Part shown: piece by piece, positions 16,500-24,612 of the stretch
How positions within the stretch are numbered: position 1 is the stretch's first letter
Layout: each line of letters opens with the position of its first letter
NCBI GenBank assembly: GCA_048882505.1
Contig: JBHLRO010000001.1
Location: 150,001 to 182,000, forward strand
Reading direction: 5' to 3'
Origin: Candidatus Thorarchaeota archaeon
GTDB lineage: Archaea; Asgardarchaeota; Heimdallarchaeia; Hodarchaeales; Hodarchaeaceae
DNA: 32,000 nt
Made by a program: the position numbers and the translations under genes
Notes under the pieces: generated by a model
What the model was told of the DNA's origin: nothing
The model's database searches: none
What the model saw: only the letters and a program-made list of their open reading frames with translations

Positions 16500-19442
16500 T
16501 TACTTTCTTCTCGCTCTGCGAAGGAAGAAGGTTTCCCAACTTAAACCAGTGAGAATGATCACTAAACTGGAGAAGAAACTTAAATTAGGAATTGGCGGTG
16601 TGGTGGAAGTAGTCGGGGTGATAACTGTCACAACCACTGTATCCTTGACACTAAAACCAGCTAGGTCGTAGACCTCACAGACATACGTGTAAGTCCCGCT
16701 GGCTAGCCCGTCGATGATTTTAACAATACTGCTCCCATCCCAGATGCCATTTTCAACAACTTTTCCGTTTCTTGTAACACTATAATTCTTCGGATTGTTT
16801 TCCTTCGGACTCCAGGTGATCCTGTGACCAGTGGTTCCCTCCTCATATGTTACGTCCGCTGGATTATTGATGGTAGGAGCGGTCGTATCGATAGTTAAAC
16901 TCTGATACATCGAAAAAAGGCCCTCCTTATCATTAGCATCGTTCGCCGCTACACGCCAGTACCAAACGCCATCAGCTAAGATATCACTAGGGGTGTAAGT
17001 AGTAGACGATTGTTTTATAGAAATGAAGTCAAGTGAATCAAAAGTAATTGTAGTGTCCAGTTGAAATGTATAGTTCGATGCCCCCGAAACAGTACTCCAT
17101 GTAAAGGTAGGAGTAGCCTCAATAGTAAGAATTCCATCACTTGGTGCAGTTAACATTGGTACATATTGGTAAGAGTAATCGATCGTCAGACTAAATAATC
17201 GAGGAGTTGCGAGAGTGGAAGTATTTAGTTCTACTTTCCACGTCAATTGAGTGCCAGCACTGGTGAAAAGATGGGTCATATCAGGAGTAATCAGTTCCCA
17301 ATTTGCTCCACCATTGGTGGAAAGGTAATAGGTGATATAGGTGTTGGGAGGAATGGTTGCAGTAGCAGTGACAGTCGCATTACTTAAAAGAGACCCAGGG
17401 GGGTTGGTAAACACAATGCTCGATTGAGCAAGACCATAAGATTGAAATTGTCTTCGTAGATGCCAGCTTTTCTCGATCACCTGTAATCCACTAGAACCAT
17501 CAGCTACATAGGCGTAATCCCCAGACACCGCCACACCGTAAGCCGTGCCAGAAGTATTGTAGGAACCTGCAAAAGTCGGGCTGGTGGGATGAGTGATATT
17601 AATCACCTCTAATCCGCTATTGTAACCCGCTACATACGCAAAATCACCTATTGCTATTAAATTCCAAGCCCAATCTGGAGTATTGTAGGATCCAGCTAAC
17701 ATCGGGATTGTGGGATCAGTGATATCAATAACCTGTAACCCGCCGAATTGCTCCACGATATACGCATAATCACCCACTACCGCCACCCCCCAAGCCTCAT
17801 CAGGGGCACTGTACTTACCAGCTAACGTCGGGATGCTGGGATCAGTGATATTGATCACCTGTAGCCCGCCAGTGAGATCCGCTACATAGGCATAATCACC
17901 AGCTACCACCACATCACGAGCAAAATCAAGGGTACTATAATTACCAGCAAACGATGGGGTGGTGGGATCACTGATATTAATCACCTGCAACCCACCAATA
18001 CGATCAGCCACATACGCATAATTACCGACCACCTCCACACTATAAGCATAATCAGGGGTACTGAAATTGCCAGCAAAAGTCGGGGTGGTGGGATCACTGA
18101 TATCGATCACCTGTAACCCACTGTCCCAAGCCGCCACATAGGCATAATCACCAGCTACAACCACATCGGAAGCATAACCAGGAGCATCATAGGAACCAGC
18201 CAGAGTCGGGTTAATCGGATCAGTGACGTTTATGACCTGTAAACCCCTATGGTTATCGGCCACATAGGCGTAATCGCCTGAAACCACGACGCCAAATGCG
18301 GTACCAGGGGTATCATAGGCACCAACTAAGGAAGGAGGTACGGGGTCACTTATTTTAATTACCTGCAATCCACTAGTATATCCCGCAACATAGGCATAAC
18401 CACCCACTATTGCAACGCCTTGAGCTGAATCAGGAGTAATGTAGGAACCTGCAAAAGTCGGAGTAGCGGGATTAGTGATGTTAATTACCTGTAACCCATT
18501 AGAAGAACTAGCAACATACGCGTAATTGCCATCGACAACAACACGTTTGGTACCCACAGGTGTATTGTATACTCCAGCTAAATTCGGATTAGAAGGGTCG
18601 CTAATATCAATCACCTGTATATGAACGCTAGAGGAACCAACAATATAGGCATAATTGCCCGCCACTTCAACTGCGACCGCCCAATCAGTATTGTAGGTTC
18701 CTACCAAAGTCGGAGTAGAAGGGTCGCTGATGTCAATCACCTGTAACCCGCTAGAACCATCCGCTATATAGGCGAAATCGCCCGCAACAACAACACCCCA
18801 TGCCTGACCAGGGGTATTGTAAGCACCTGCAAAAGTCGGTGTGTTAGGATCAGTGATATTGATCACCTGTAACCCACTAGTATATCCAGCGATATAGGCG
18901 TAATCGCCAACAACCACCACTTCGTAGGCATTACTAGGGGTAGTGTAGGTACCAGCCAATGTAGGGGCAGATGGATCACTGATATCTATTACCTGTAAAC
19001 CGTTACCACTATCCGCAATATAGGCGTTATCTCCTGTCACCACTACATCGTTGGCATTACCAGGGGTATTATAGTCTCCAGCCAAAATCGGGTTAGTCGG
19101 ATCAGTGATGTTTATCACCTGTAATCCACTGTCCCAATCAGCTACGTACGCGTAATCACCTTCCACAACCACATCTTGGGCATAACCCGGGGTGTTGTAG
19201 GAACCAGTTAAAGTAAATTCTTTACGTTTTAAACTCAGATTACCAAAACCCCACCCCTCTACCGTTGTTTTGCCAGCATGCATGAAAGTAGTTGTGTCAA
19301 AAGTCTCCGTGAACGAGCTAGAAATTGCTTGAACTGGAAGGACGACTGGTTGTTGCGCCACCCAGACAACAAAAAGAAAAATAAAAACCAGGATTTTTTT
19401 GTGAGATCCTTTTTTTACTCTCAACCTCTTAACATTCCTCAT
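16500..19442 (-). CDS. Cell-surface glycoprotein: signal peptide, 14 LVIVD repeats, beta-sandwich/FN3/Ig-like domains, Thr-rich linker and C-terminal membrane anchor
   Basis: Basic-hydrophobic N-terminus; 14 x 42-aa repeats (...GDYAYVAD..SGLQVI.I.DP..P); DTTAPTINNPAD...ITW...GLASGTYTY Ig-like domain; TM segment ending RRARRK. Confidence 0.93.
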   Translation of the reverse strand: MRNVKRLRVKKGSHKKILVFIFLFVVWVAQQPVVLPVQAISSSFTETFDTTTFMHAGKTTVEGWGFGNLSLKRKEFTLTGSYNTPGYAQDVVVEGDYAYVADWDSGLQVINITDPTNPILAGDYNTPGNANDVVVTGDNAYIADSGNGLQVIDISDPSAPTLAGTYTTPSNAYEVVVVGDYAYIAGYTSGLQVINITDPNTPTFAGAYNTPGQAWGVVVAGDFAYIADGSSGLQVIDISDPSTPTLVGTYNTDWAVAVEVAGNYAYIVGSSSVHIQVIDISDPSNPNLAGVYNTPVGTKRVVVDGNYAYVASSSNGLQVINITNPATPTFAGSYITPDSAQGVAIVGGYAYVAGYTSGLQVIKISDPVPPSLVGAYDTPGTAFGVVVSGDYAYVADNHRGLQVINVTDPINPTLAGSYDAPGYASDVVVAGDYAYVAAWDSGLQVIDISDPTTPTFAGNFSTPDYAYSVEVVGNYAYVADRIGGLQVINISDPTTPSFAGNYSTLDFARDVVVAGDYAYVADLTGGLQVINITDPSIPTLAGKYSAPDEAWGVAVVGDYAYIVEQFGGLQVIDITDPTIPMLAGSYNTPDWAWNLIAIGDFAYVAGYNSGLEVINITHPTSPTFAGSYNTSGTAYGVAVSGDYAYVADGSSGLQVIEKSWHLRRQFQSYGLAQSSIVFTNPPGSLLSNATVTATATIPPNTYITYYLSTNGGANWELITPDMTHLFTSAGTQLTWKVELNTSTLATPRLFSLTIDYSYQYVPMLTAPSDGILTIEATPTFTWSTVSGASNYTFQLDTTITFDSLDFISIKQSSTTYTPSDILADGVWYWRVAANDANDKEGLFSMYQSLTIDTTAPTINNPADVTYEEGTTGHRITWSPKENNPKNYSVTRNGKVVENGIWDGSSIVKIIDGLASGTYTYVCEVYDLAGFSVKDTVVVTVITPTTSTTPPIPNLSFFSSLVIILTGLSWETFFLRRARRK
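17470..19217 (-). repeat. Intragenic tandem repeat, 14 units with a 126-nt period (LVIVD blades)
   Basis: Recurrent atcacctgtaa and acataggcgtaatc DNA motifs at ~126-nt spacing; 14 protein repeats counted. Confidence 0.93.
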
Positions 19443-19548
19443 CCATACCTCTTAAATTCAAAGAATCTGGACAAAAATCCAGCTTTGGTCTATAATGTGA
19501 GCCAACGACGAAAGAAATGTGGTTCATTTCGTACCGAATTAGTAATCT

Positions 19549-19731
19549 TCATACACAACCAGATTTTAAAAATGTTGGTCTCAAGTATGTCTCTCCCGTA
19601 TTCCAGGCCAAAATGGGATCGGGGGAGGCCTGTGAGTACTCCCACATCCATTGCTGAAATTCGTCGGCTGTCGGCCACCACTCATCGAATTTTTGCTTTA
19701 ATTCGTCCCAGTTTTTCTTATCATTGCTCAT
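19549..19731 (-). CDS. Putative 60-aa Trp-rich small protein
   Basis: MSNDKKNWDELKQKFDEWWPTADEFQQWMWEYSQ... has protein-like helical periodicity, sits in otherwise empty space and is co-directional with the LVIVD gene. No family recognised. Confidence 0.45.
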   Translation of the reverse strand: MSNDKKNWDELKQKFDEWWPTADEFQQWMWEYSQASPDPILAWNTGETYLRPTFLKSGCV

Positions 19732-19919
19732 CCTAAATCCCTAACCGACTCTACTGATTGAACTCTGGAAATTATCTTCTTTACATATTGTTCTCCAATT
19801 TCCCTTATTTTAAATGCATCGAGAAAACAAAGACTTAAATAACGAATTAGAAGTTTAGCAGATCATTCTCACGTATATAATTCTGCTTTATTTACTCCCC
19901 GCTTTTTATTTTTGCTTTT

Positions 19920-20140
19920 CTACTTTTCTGAGACGGCAAAACGTCTAATCCAGTCAGGAGGGGGGAGGGAGGGTGTCGGAGTCGCAAAGAATACCGCGAA
20001 CGGTAATTCTATGCTTGAGAGAAGACCAAGAAAAGAACTCCGACACCACGCATATGACTTCGTCAGAGAAAATAAAGGTTTCGTTATCTAAACGGAAGAT
20101 GAGAGAAACATGGTGGAGGAGGAAAGCATCTCATTTTTTG
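19920..20140. other. Structured intergenic element (nested stems); candidate ncRNA
   Basis: Perfect 11-bp inverted repeat (19972-19982 / 20037-20047) encloses a long hairpin at 19984-20014; further stems at 19931-19946 and 20094-20139. Confidence 0.45.
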
Positions 20141-20173
20141 AAGAGTGATTAAATATAATGAATGTTTATTGTA

Positions 20174-20785
20174 TTAAAACAGTTCGGCAAGCTGTTTCCG
20201 AATTACAGAGGGTTTGGATTTCCGCCTGAGATTTTCCCGTTTCACCGCAAAATCCATTATATTTTCCCCGAGAAGTGAATAGGCGTCATGAACCTTAGCC
20301 CCTGTTTTTGCGGATGTTTCGACGTAATGGCAAGCGAATCCCATAGAAGAAGTTAGATTGGAGAGTTTCTTACTGATCAGCCTGCCTTGTTCGGAGGTTA
20401 TGGGATCATCACATGACTGACGTAAATCTATCTTATTTGCCACTACAACAACAGGCACCTTCCCTCTGCCATTATTCGCCCAAAGCTCTTTAATCCATTT
20501 TACGCAGTTGTAATATGATTCGGGTCTAGAGACATCATATACCAACAAGGCACCCATGGCTCCCTTGTAATAGACGTCTCTTACGCCGTCAAATCGTTCT
20601 TGGCCCGCTAAATCCCATATCTGATATCTTATTGGATTACCATGGATAACCTCATCTTTCATGGAAAAATCTGCGCCGATCGTCATTACGTATTGAGTTT
20701 CAAAACCATGGCCAAGGTATCGCTCACGAATTGCGGTCTTACCCACACCACCATCGCCGATTAATACAATTTTAAAAACGATCAT
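20174..20785 (-). CDS. Rab-like small GTPase (Ras superfamily)
   Basis: G1 GDGGVGKT, G2 T in MTIGADF, G3 WDLAGQE, G4 NKID, G5 ETSAK; RabF-like YQIW, YYKGA and LVYDVS. No C-terminal Cys. Confidence 0.95.
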   Translation of the reverse strand: MIVFKIVLIGDGGVGKTAIRERYLGHGFETQYVMTIGADFSMKDEVIHGNPIRYQIWDLAGQERFDGVRDVYYKGAMGALLVYDVSRPESYYNCVKWIKELWANNGRGKVPVVVVANKIDLRQSCDDPITSEQGRLISKKLSNLTSSMGFACHYVETSAKTGAKVHDAYSLLGENIMDFAVKRENLRRKSKPSVIRKQLAELF

Positions 20786-21432
20786 GCCTGGTTGCTCTGG
20801 ATTTTTTTCCTAGTGGTTTTCACGACTCACAGAAGGGATCGATTAATAATAACATTTTCTGAATAATCTATTCGGATGATTGAGTACCCCCCCAAGAGGG
20901 GCATCATTGTCCAGGAGATTCATATCCTGCTCACGAAGGTCAATGCTTGAGATAAGAGCTGTGATATAAATTCTTCTTTTCGGTTTTGAACGAATTTAAT
21001 CTAGTGTTCTCCTGTGAATATGCGTTTAGTTTCCCATGATTTAAACTTCCGGAGCTCTAAAAGGATCACTAGATATCAAAGACACACAACTTCTATTAAC
21101 GGGTGACATTTCTCTTGGGAGTATTGGGCCCACAATATTCTGATCGCCCAGTGAGGCCAATTGAAAACAAAATTGCGATCTAGAAACGGAAAATCAGTCT
21201 AATATGGTTGTCATCTCAGCCTCATAAGGCTGGGTACTTGAGTCATCCCTGGATACCTTCTGCCAGGGATTAAGATCATTTTTCTCGGTGGTTTTGATGC
21301 ATAATCCGTTCTGCGGTAGAAAAAGTTAAAAACTGAAGAAATAATGACCTATATAATTCGAGGATGGATCGTATTTCTAAAACCTCTGGAAAGAAGGTTT
21401 ATGAGTGAACGAGGATATAAGAAGGTGAGGAT

Positions 21433-21711
21433 ATGGACTTAAAATACTTGGCTTCCCGTTTTTTATCGGATTATGAGAATCCCTATATCTGGGCATTAAG
21501 ACTAGCTTTATTTGTGACTTTGGTACCCTTTGCAGGGTTACTAATTCTAGGAGGCTTTTTTTTTGTAATTTTTGGGGCTAGTGCTTCTGCTCTGGCGACC
21601 TTTCTGGTTTGGTTTTTATTTATGTTTTCGGTGTGGTACGGGCTTATTGACATACAAACGCATCGACCAGGAGGTGGCGAACCTTCAAAGATCAGAGATT
21701 CCGATACCTAG
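21433..21711 (+). CDS. Small 2-TM membrane protein of unknown function
   Basis: 92 aa with two hydrophobic stretches; a strong AAGGTGAGG RBS directly upstream and a TATATAAT box at 21350-21357. Confidence 0.75.
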   Translation: MDLKYLASRFLSDYENPYIWALRLALFVTLVPFAGLLILGGFFFVIFGASASALATFLVWFLFMFSVWYGLIDIQTHRPGGGEPSKIRDSDT

Positions 21712-22176
21712 ATAACATTTATCAAGCCAATCCGTGAATAAACGCTGATTGCACATGAGAAAATCAAAAGCCAGAGCTACCTGTTTGTAGTCTCTCCCTC
21801 GTTTTTCATTTTACTGCTGATCATCGAAGTTAGATACGCAAAGTACTCCCCAAAAAAGTAATTTCACCACGTGTTGATTCATTGTGTCGATCTTTTTTCA
21901 TATTCTTGCTAAAAGATTATGATTCTACGATGATTGAGGGCCTCGGTAAGATCCTTATCTTCAGCGCTTGATTTACTGAAATGAAATTTTGTCACGTGAG
22001 ATGGTTTTTCTCGATAAGCATATGCGCACAGCATTTTCTTTCTTGAGATCCTCGCCTGTCTACCCTCATCTACTAGTGCCAAGTAGATCAGATATTTATG
22101 CTAAGGTTTCCATTTTCTCGCTATCAGCCGTTAAACTAAATTAAATTGAACTTATTCCGTTGGAGAGTAATTAGAT

Positions 22177-22752
22177 TTGAATATTGCTTATCAAGAGGTT
22201 AATAAGTCTAATCCCCGAAAAACCACGGTTAAAGGGAACCTATTGAGTCCGTTACCGATCGTATTGGTAGGAGCAAATGTTAAAAAACGTCCTAACTATC
22301 TTGTAATAGGGTACATGTCACCTTTTGACTTTGGCAGATACATTTTCTTCAGTATTTACAAAAAACGCTTTACTAGAATTGGAATTCATGAAAACCGAAC
22401 CTTCAGTGTGAACATCCCTTCAGAGGATCTCCTAAGAAAGACAAATCTTTGTGGAAGTAAATCTGGTCGGAATTACGATAAGAGTACTATCTTTGAGAGT
22501 TTTTATGGAGACTTACAAACAGCTCCCATGATTCGGGAATGTCCCATAAACATGGAATGCGAAGTAACCGAAATTCTTGACTATCCTGAAAACGATGGAA
22601 TTATAGGTCGTGTAGTGAAATCATATGCCGATCCCCAGATATTGACTGAAGGGAAAATCGATATGAGGAAAGTTCACCCAATTCTGTGGGCCATTGGTGG
22701 GGATTTCAACTACTATCGACTTGGAGACAGATTGACCGTGAATAACCCTTAA
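22177..22752 (+). CDS. Flavin reductase-like FMN-binding protein (flavoredoxin family)
   Basis: PLPIVLVGA, ENRTFSVNIPS, CGSKSGRNYDK, APMIRECPINMEC. TTG start. Confidence 0.9.
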   Translation: MNIAYQEVNKSNPRKTTVKGNLLSPLPIVLVGANVKKRPNYLVIGYMSPFDFGRYIFFSIYKKRFTRIGIHENRTFSVNIPSEDLLRKTNLCGSKSGRNYDKSTIFESFYGDLQTAPMIRECPINMECEVTEILDYPENDGIIGRVVKSYADPQILTEGKIDMRKVHPILWAIGGDFNYYRLGDRLTVNNP

Positions 22753-22978
22753 CCAGTTGTCAAACTAATGTTCGAAATTGATAAAATTGAAGAATCGAAG
22801 TTCTTCAACCTCAGGGTTATGGAACTTGACATAAGGCTTCTATTTCGATTTTTCCCGATCATGAACAATTCTGAATGCCTCTGGTAGGTAATGGCCATAG
22901 AAATCCCCTCAATCGATTCAGCTTTGTTCAAGGGAAGAAATCTCTCCCTCATTTTGGATCATTGAGCTGTTTTTATCC

Positions 22979-23917
22979 TTAAAAGATCAATGAAGGTTTA
23001 AAGTTCATAGCAGCTTCTCGTATGGCAAATATATCCTCTTGTTGCAGGTCAAATCCCGCTGCTTCCGCATTAGAAGCGGCTTGATCTTGACTCTTCGCTC
23101 CAGGTATAACAACTACAGATTCATTATCGATCAAATATCGGAGCGCGATTTGTGACATTGTCACATCGTATTTTTTGGCTAATTCTCTAAGAACAGACAG
23201 AAGGTCTGTCCCTCGTTCTAAATTTCTTTGCCTGAAAACTCGATTCATCCTTCGAGAACCTTTGGGCCTATTATCGGCTGAATATTTGCCTGATAAAAAA
23301 CCTTGAGCAAGTGGACTATACGCCATGGTCATAATTTGATTTTCGTTGGCATAAGGCAGAAAGCTGTTCTCTGCGCCGTGCTTTACAATACTATAGTTTA
23401 CCTGGTTAACCTGAATCCTGTAATTCTTCATCCGCTTTTGAAAATGATCAAATCTGTTTTTGGAAAAATTAGAGACTCCAATATGCCGAATAAGGCCTTC
23501 ATCTACCATTTCTTCCATGTATTGGAGAACACGGCCAATCGAAATAAGTGGATTTGGAAAATGAATTAGATAAATGTCGACATACGAAGTTTGAAGCCTA
23601 TCCAGGCTTTTTAACAACGCCTTTTTCACCGAAGATGGTCGAAGGCGAAACGGCATGAATTTGGTTGTAATCCGCAGGTTTTCACGATCATACCCTTTGA
23701 TAGCTTCTCCAATGAGTTTTTCAGACTTTCCGCGAGCGTAGATCTCAGCAGTATCAATTAAATTTACTCCACTTTCAATACCCTTCTTAATAATCTTGGA
23801 AATATCCTCCCTGTCGAATTCTTTGCCAAACCCCCATCTCTGAGATCCGAACTGCATGGTTCCCAAACCGATCTGAGAAACTTGGACCTTGGAGGTTCCA
23901 ATCTTCGTATATTTCAT
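22979..23917 (-). CDS. Aldo/keto reductase
   Basis: IGLGTMQFG, IDTAEIY, ITTKF, LIHFP, IGVSNF, QVNYS, AYSPLAQG and VIPGAKS. ATG 23917 (MKYTK) is preferred over 23926. Confidence 0.95.
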   Translation of the reverse strand: MKYTKIGTSKVQVSQIGLGTMQFGSQRWGFGKEFDREDISKIIKKGIESGVNLIDTAEIYARGKSEKLIGEAIKGYDRENLRITTKFMPFRLRPSSVKKALLKSLDRLQTSYVDIYLIHFPNPLISIGRVLQYMEEMVDEGLIRHIGVSNFSKNRFDHFQKRMKNYRIQVNQVNYSIVKHGAENSFLPYANENQIMTMAYSPLAQGFLSGKYSADNRPKGSRRMNRVFRQRNLERGTDLLSVLRELAKKYDVTMSQIALRYLIDNESVVVIPGAKSQDQAASNAEAAGFDLQQEDIFAIREAAMNFKPSLIF

Positions 23918-24368
23918 GGAGATCATCTCGAATTTTTAATATCGGCTGAACAGCAGATGTTATGATTGTTTCATAAGTGAGCTCCTTTTAGAATCGAAGT
24001 GAAAATCAGTTGTGAACGTATCTAGTTGAATAATTTTTCGGATGCAGAGTAATTCACTATTCAAGATGAGAAGATTTAGCCAAGCATCATTAGTGTTTTT
24101 CCTTGTAGATAAGATTTAATACCAGATTCTAGTTGAAAAAGGGCAGTGCAGGGTACTATAAAATCAATTAAGAATGTAATGAAGTGACCTTAGATTCGTT
24201 ATAGGCATATGGGGGATCCTGCTTTACGTAAAACTCAGGTATAAAAAACGTACGAATTTCATGGGTTGTATCTTGAGAGTAACAACCTATGATAGTTCGA
24301 AAAAGCAAGAGGAGGAATAAGTGGGCCTTCTTGGGGAAAGAGAATGGGATTTCCGTCGAAACCTAATT

Positions 24369-24407
24369 TGTTGATGAATTGTTGATACGCATTAACTGTT
24401 GAAGAAT
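24369..24407 (+). repeat. TGTTGA-motif cluster A (3 copies)
   Basis: tgttgatgaat at 24369, tgttgatacgc at 24380 and tgttgaagaat at 24397. Confidence 0.8.
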
Positions 24408-24540
24408 AACGATTGGCTCTCATTTTTGATAATCAAACGGGTAATCAATTTATTAAAACCTTATTTTTCTCAAAAAAACACATTTTAACGATCTTTCTCT
24501 AGATTTATGTCATTTTTATGGTTTTTAAAAAATGGCAATC

Positions 24541-24548
24541 TTTATAAG
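24541..24548 (+). promoter_or_regulatory. TATA box for the 24613 gene
   Basis: TTTATAAG about 70 nt upstream of the ATG, with an A-rich tract upstream; AGGTGA RBS at 24601-24606. Confidence 0.55.
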
Positions 24549-24559
24549 GTGGAATTAAT

Positions 24560-24603
24560 TGTTGATGAGGTGTTGATGAAATGTTGATGAATTGTTGAGA
24601 AGG
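24560..24603 (+). repeat. TGTTGA-motif cluster B: four tandem 11-bp units
   Basis: tgttgatgagg, tgttgatgaaa, tgttgatgaat, tgttgagaagg at 24560, 24571, 24582 and 24593. Confidence 0.92.
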
Positions 24604-24612
24604 TGAAAAATC

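Noticed and set aside
16500-16590. PGF-CTERM/archaeosortase signal on the LVIVD protein
   Set aside because: The TM and basic tail are present but there is no PGF (or similar) tripeptide (it reads PIPNLSF), so it is called only a membrane anchor.
16247-16671. ORF-track entries 16247-16435, 16348-16539 and 16432-16671
   Set aside because: They translate the repeat or terminator sequence or shadow the LVIVD gene end.
19278-19736. 152-aa plus-strand ORF and 63-aa minus-strand ORF (19490-19681)
   Set aside because: They overlap the LVIVD start and the more protein-like 60-aa ORF, with no motifs or RBS.
19920-20140. Assignment as RNase P RNA, SRP RNA, tRNA or c-di-GMP-I riboswitch
   Set aside because: GAGGAAAG is not followed by UCC and there is no P4 partner; there is no SRP helix-8 motif or cloverleaf; GGCAAA, GUCUAA and CGCAAAG occur in the wrong order for the riboswitch.
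22749-22952. 67-aa minus-strand ORF and 39-aa plus-strand ORF (22768-22887) between convergent genes
   Set aside because: Neither has an RBS or a recognisable motif; more likely shared 3' UTR space.
24369-24603. TGTTGATGA array as a CRISPR or ORB origin
   Set aside because: The units are 11 bp with no spacers, there are no cas genes, and there is no GTTCCAGTGGAAAC/G-string ORB consensus or cdc6 nearby.
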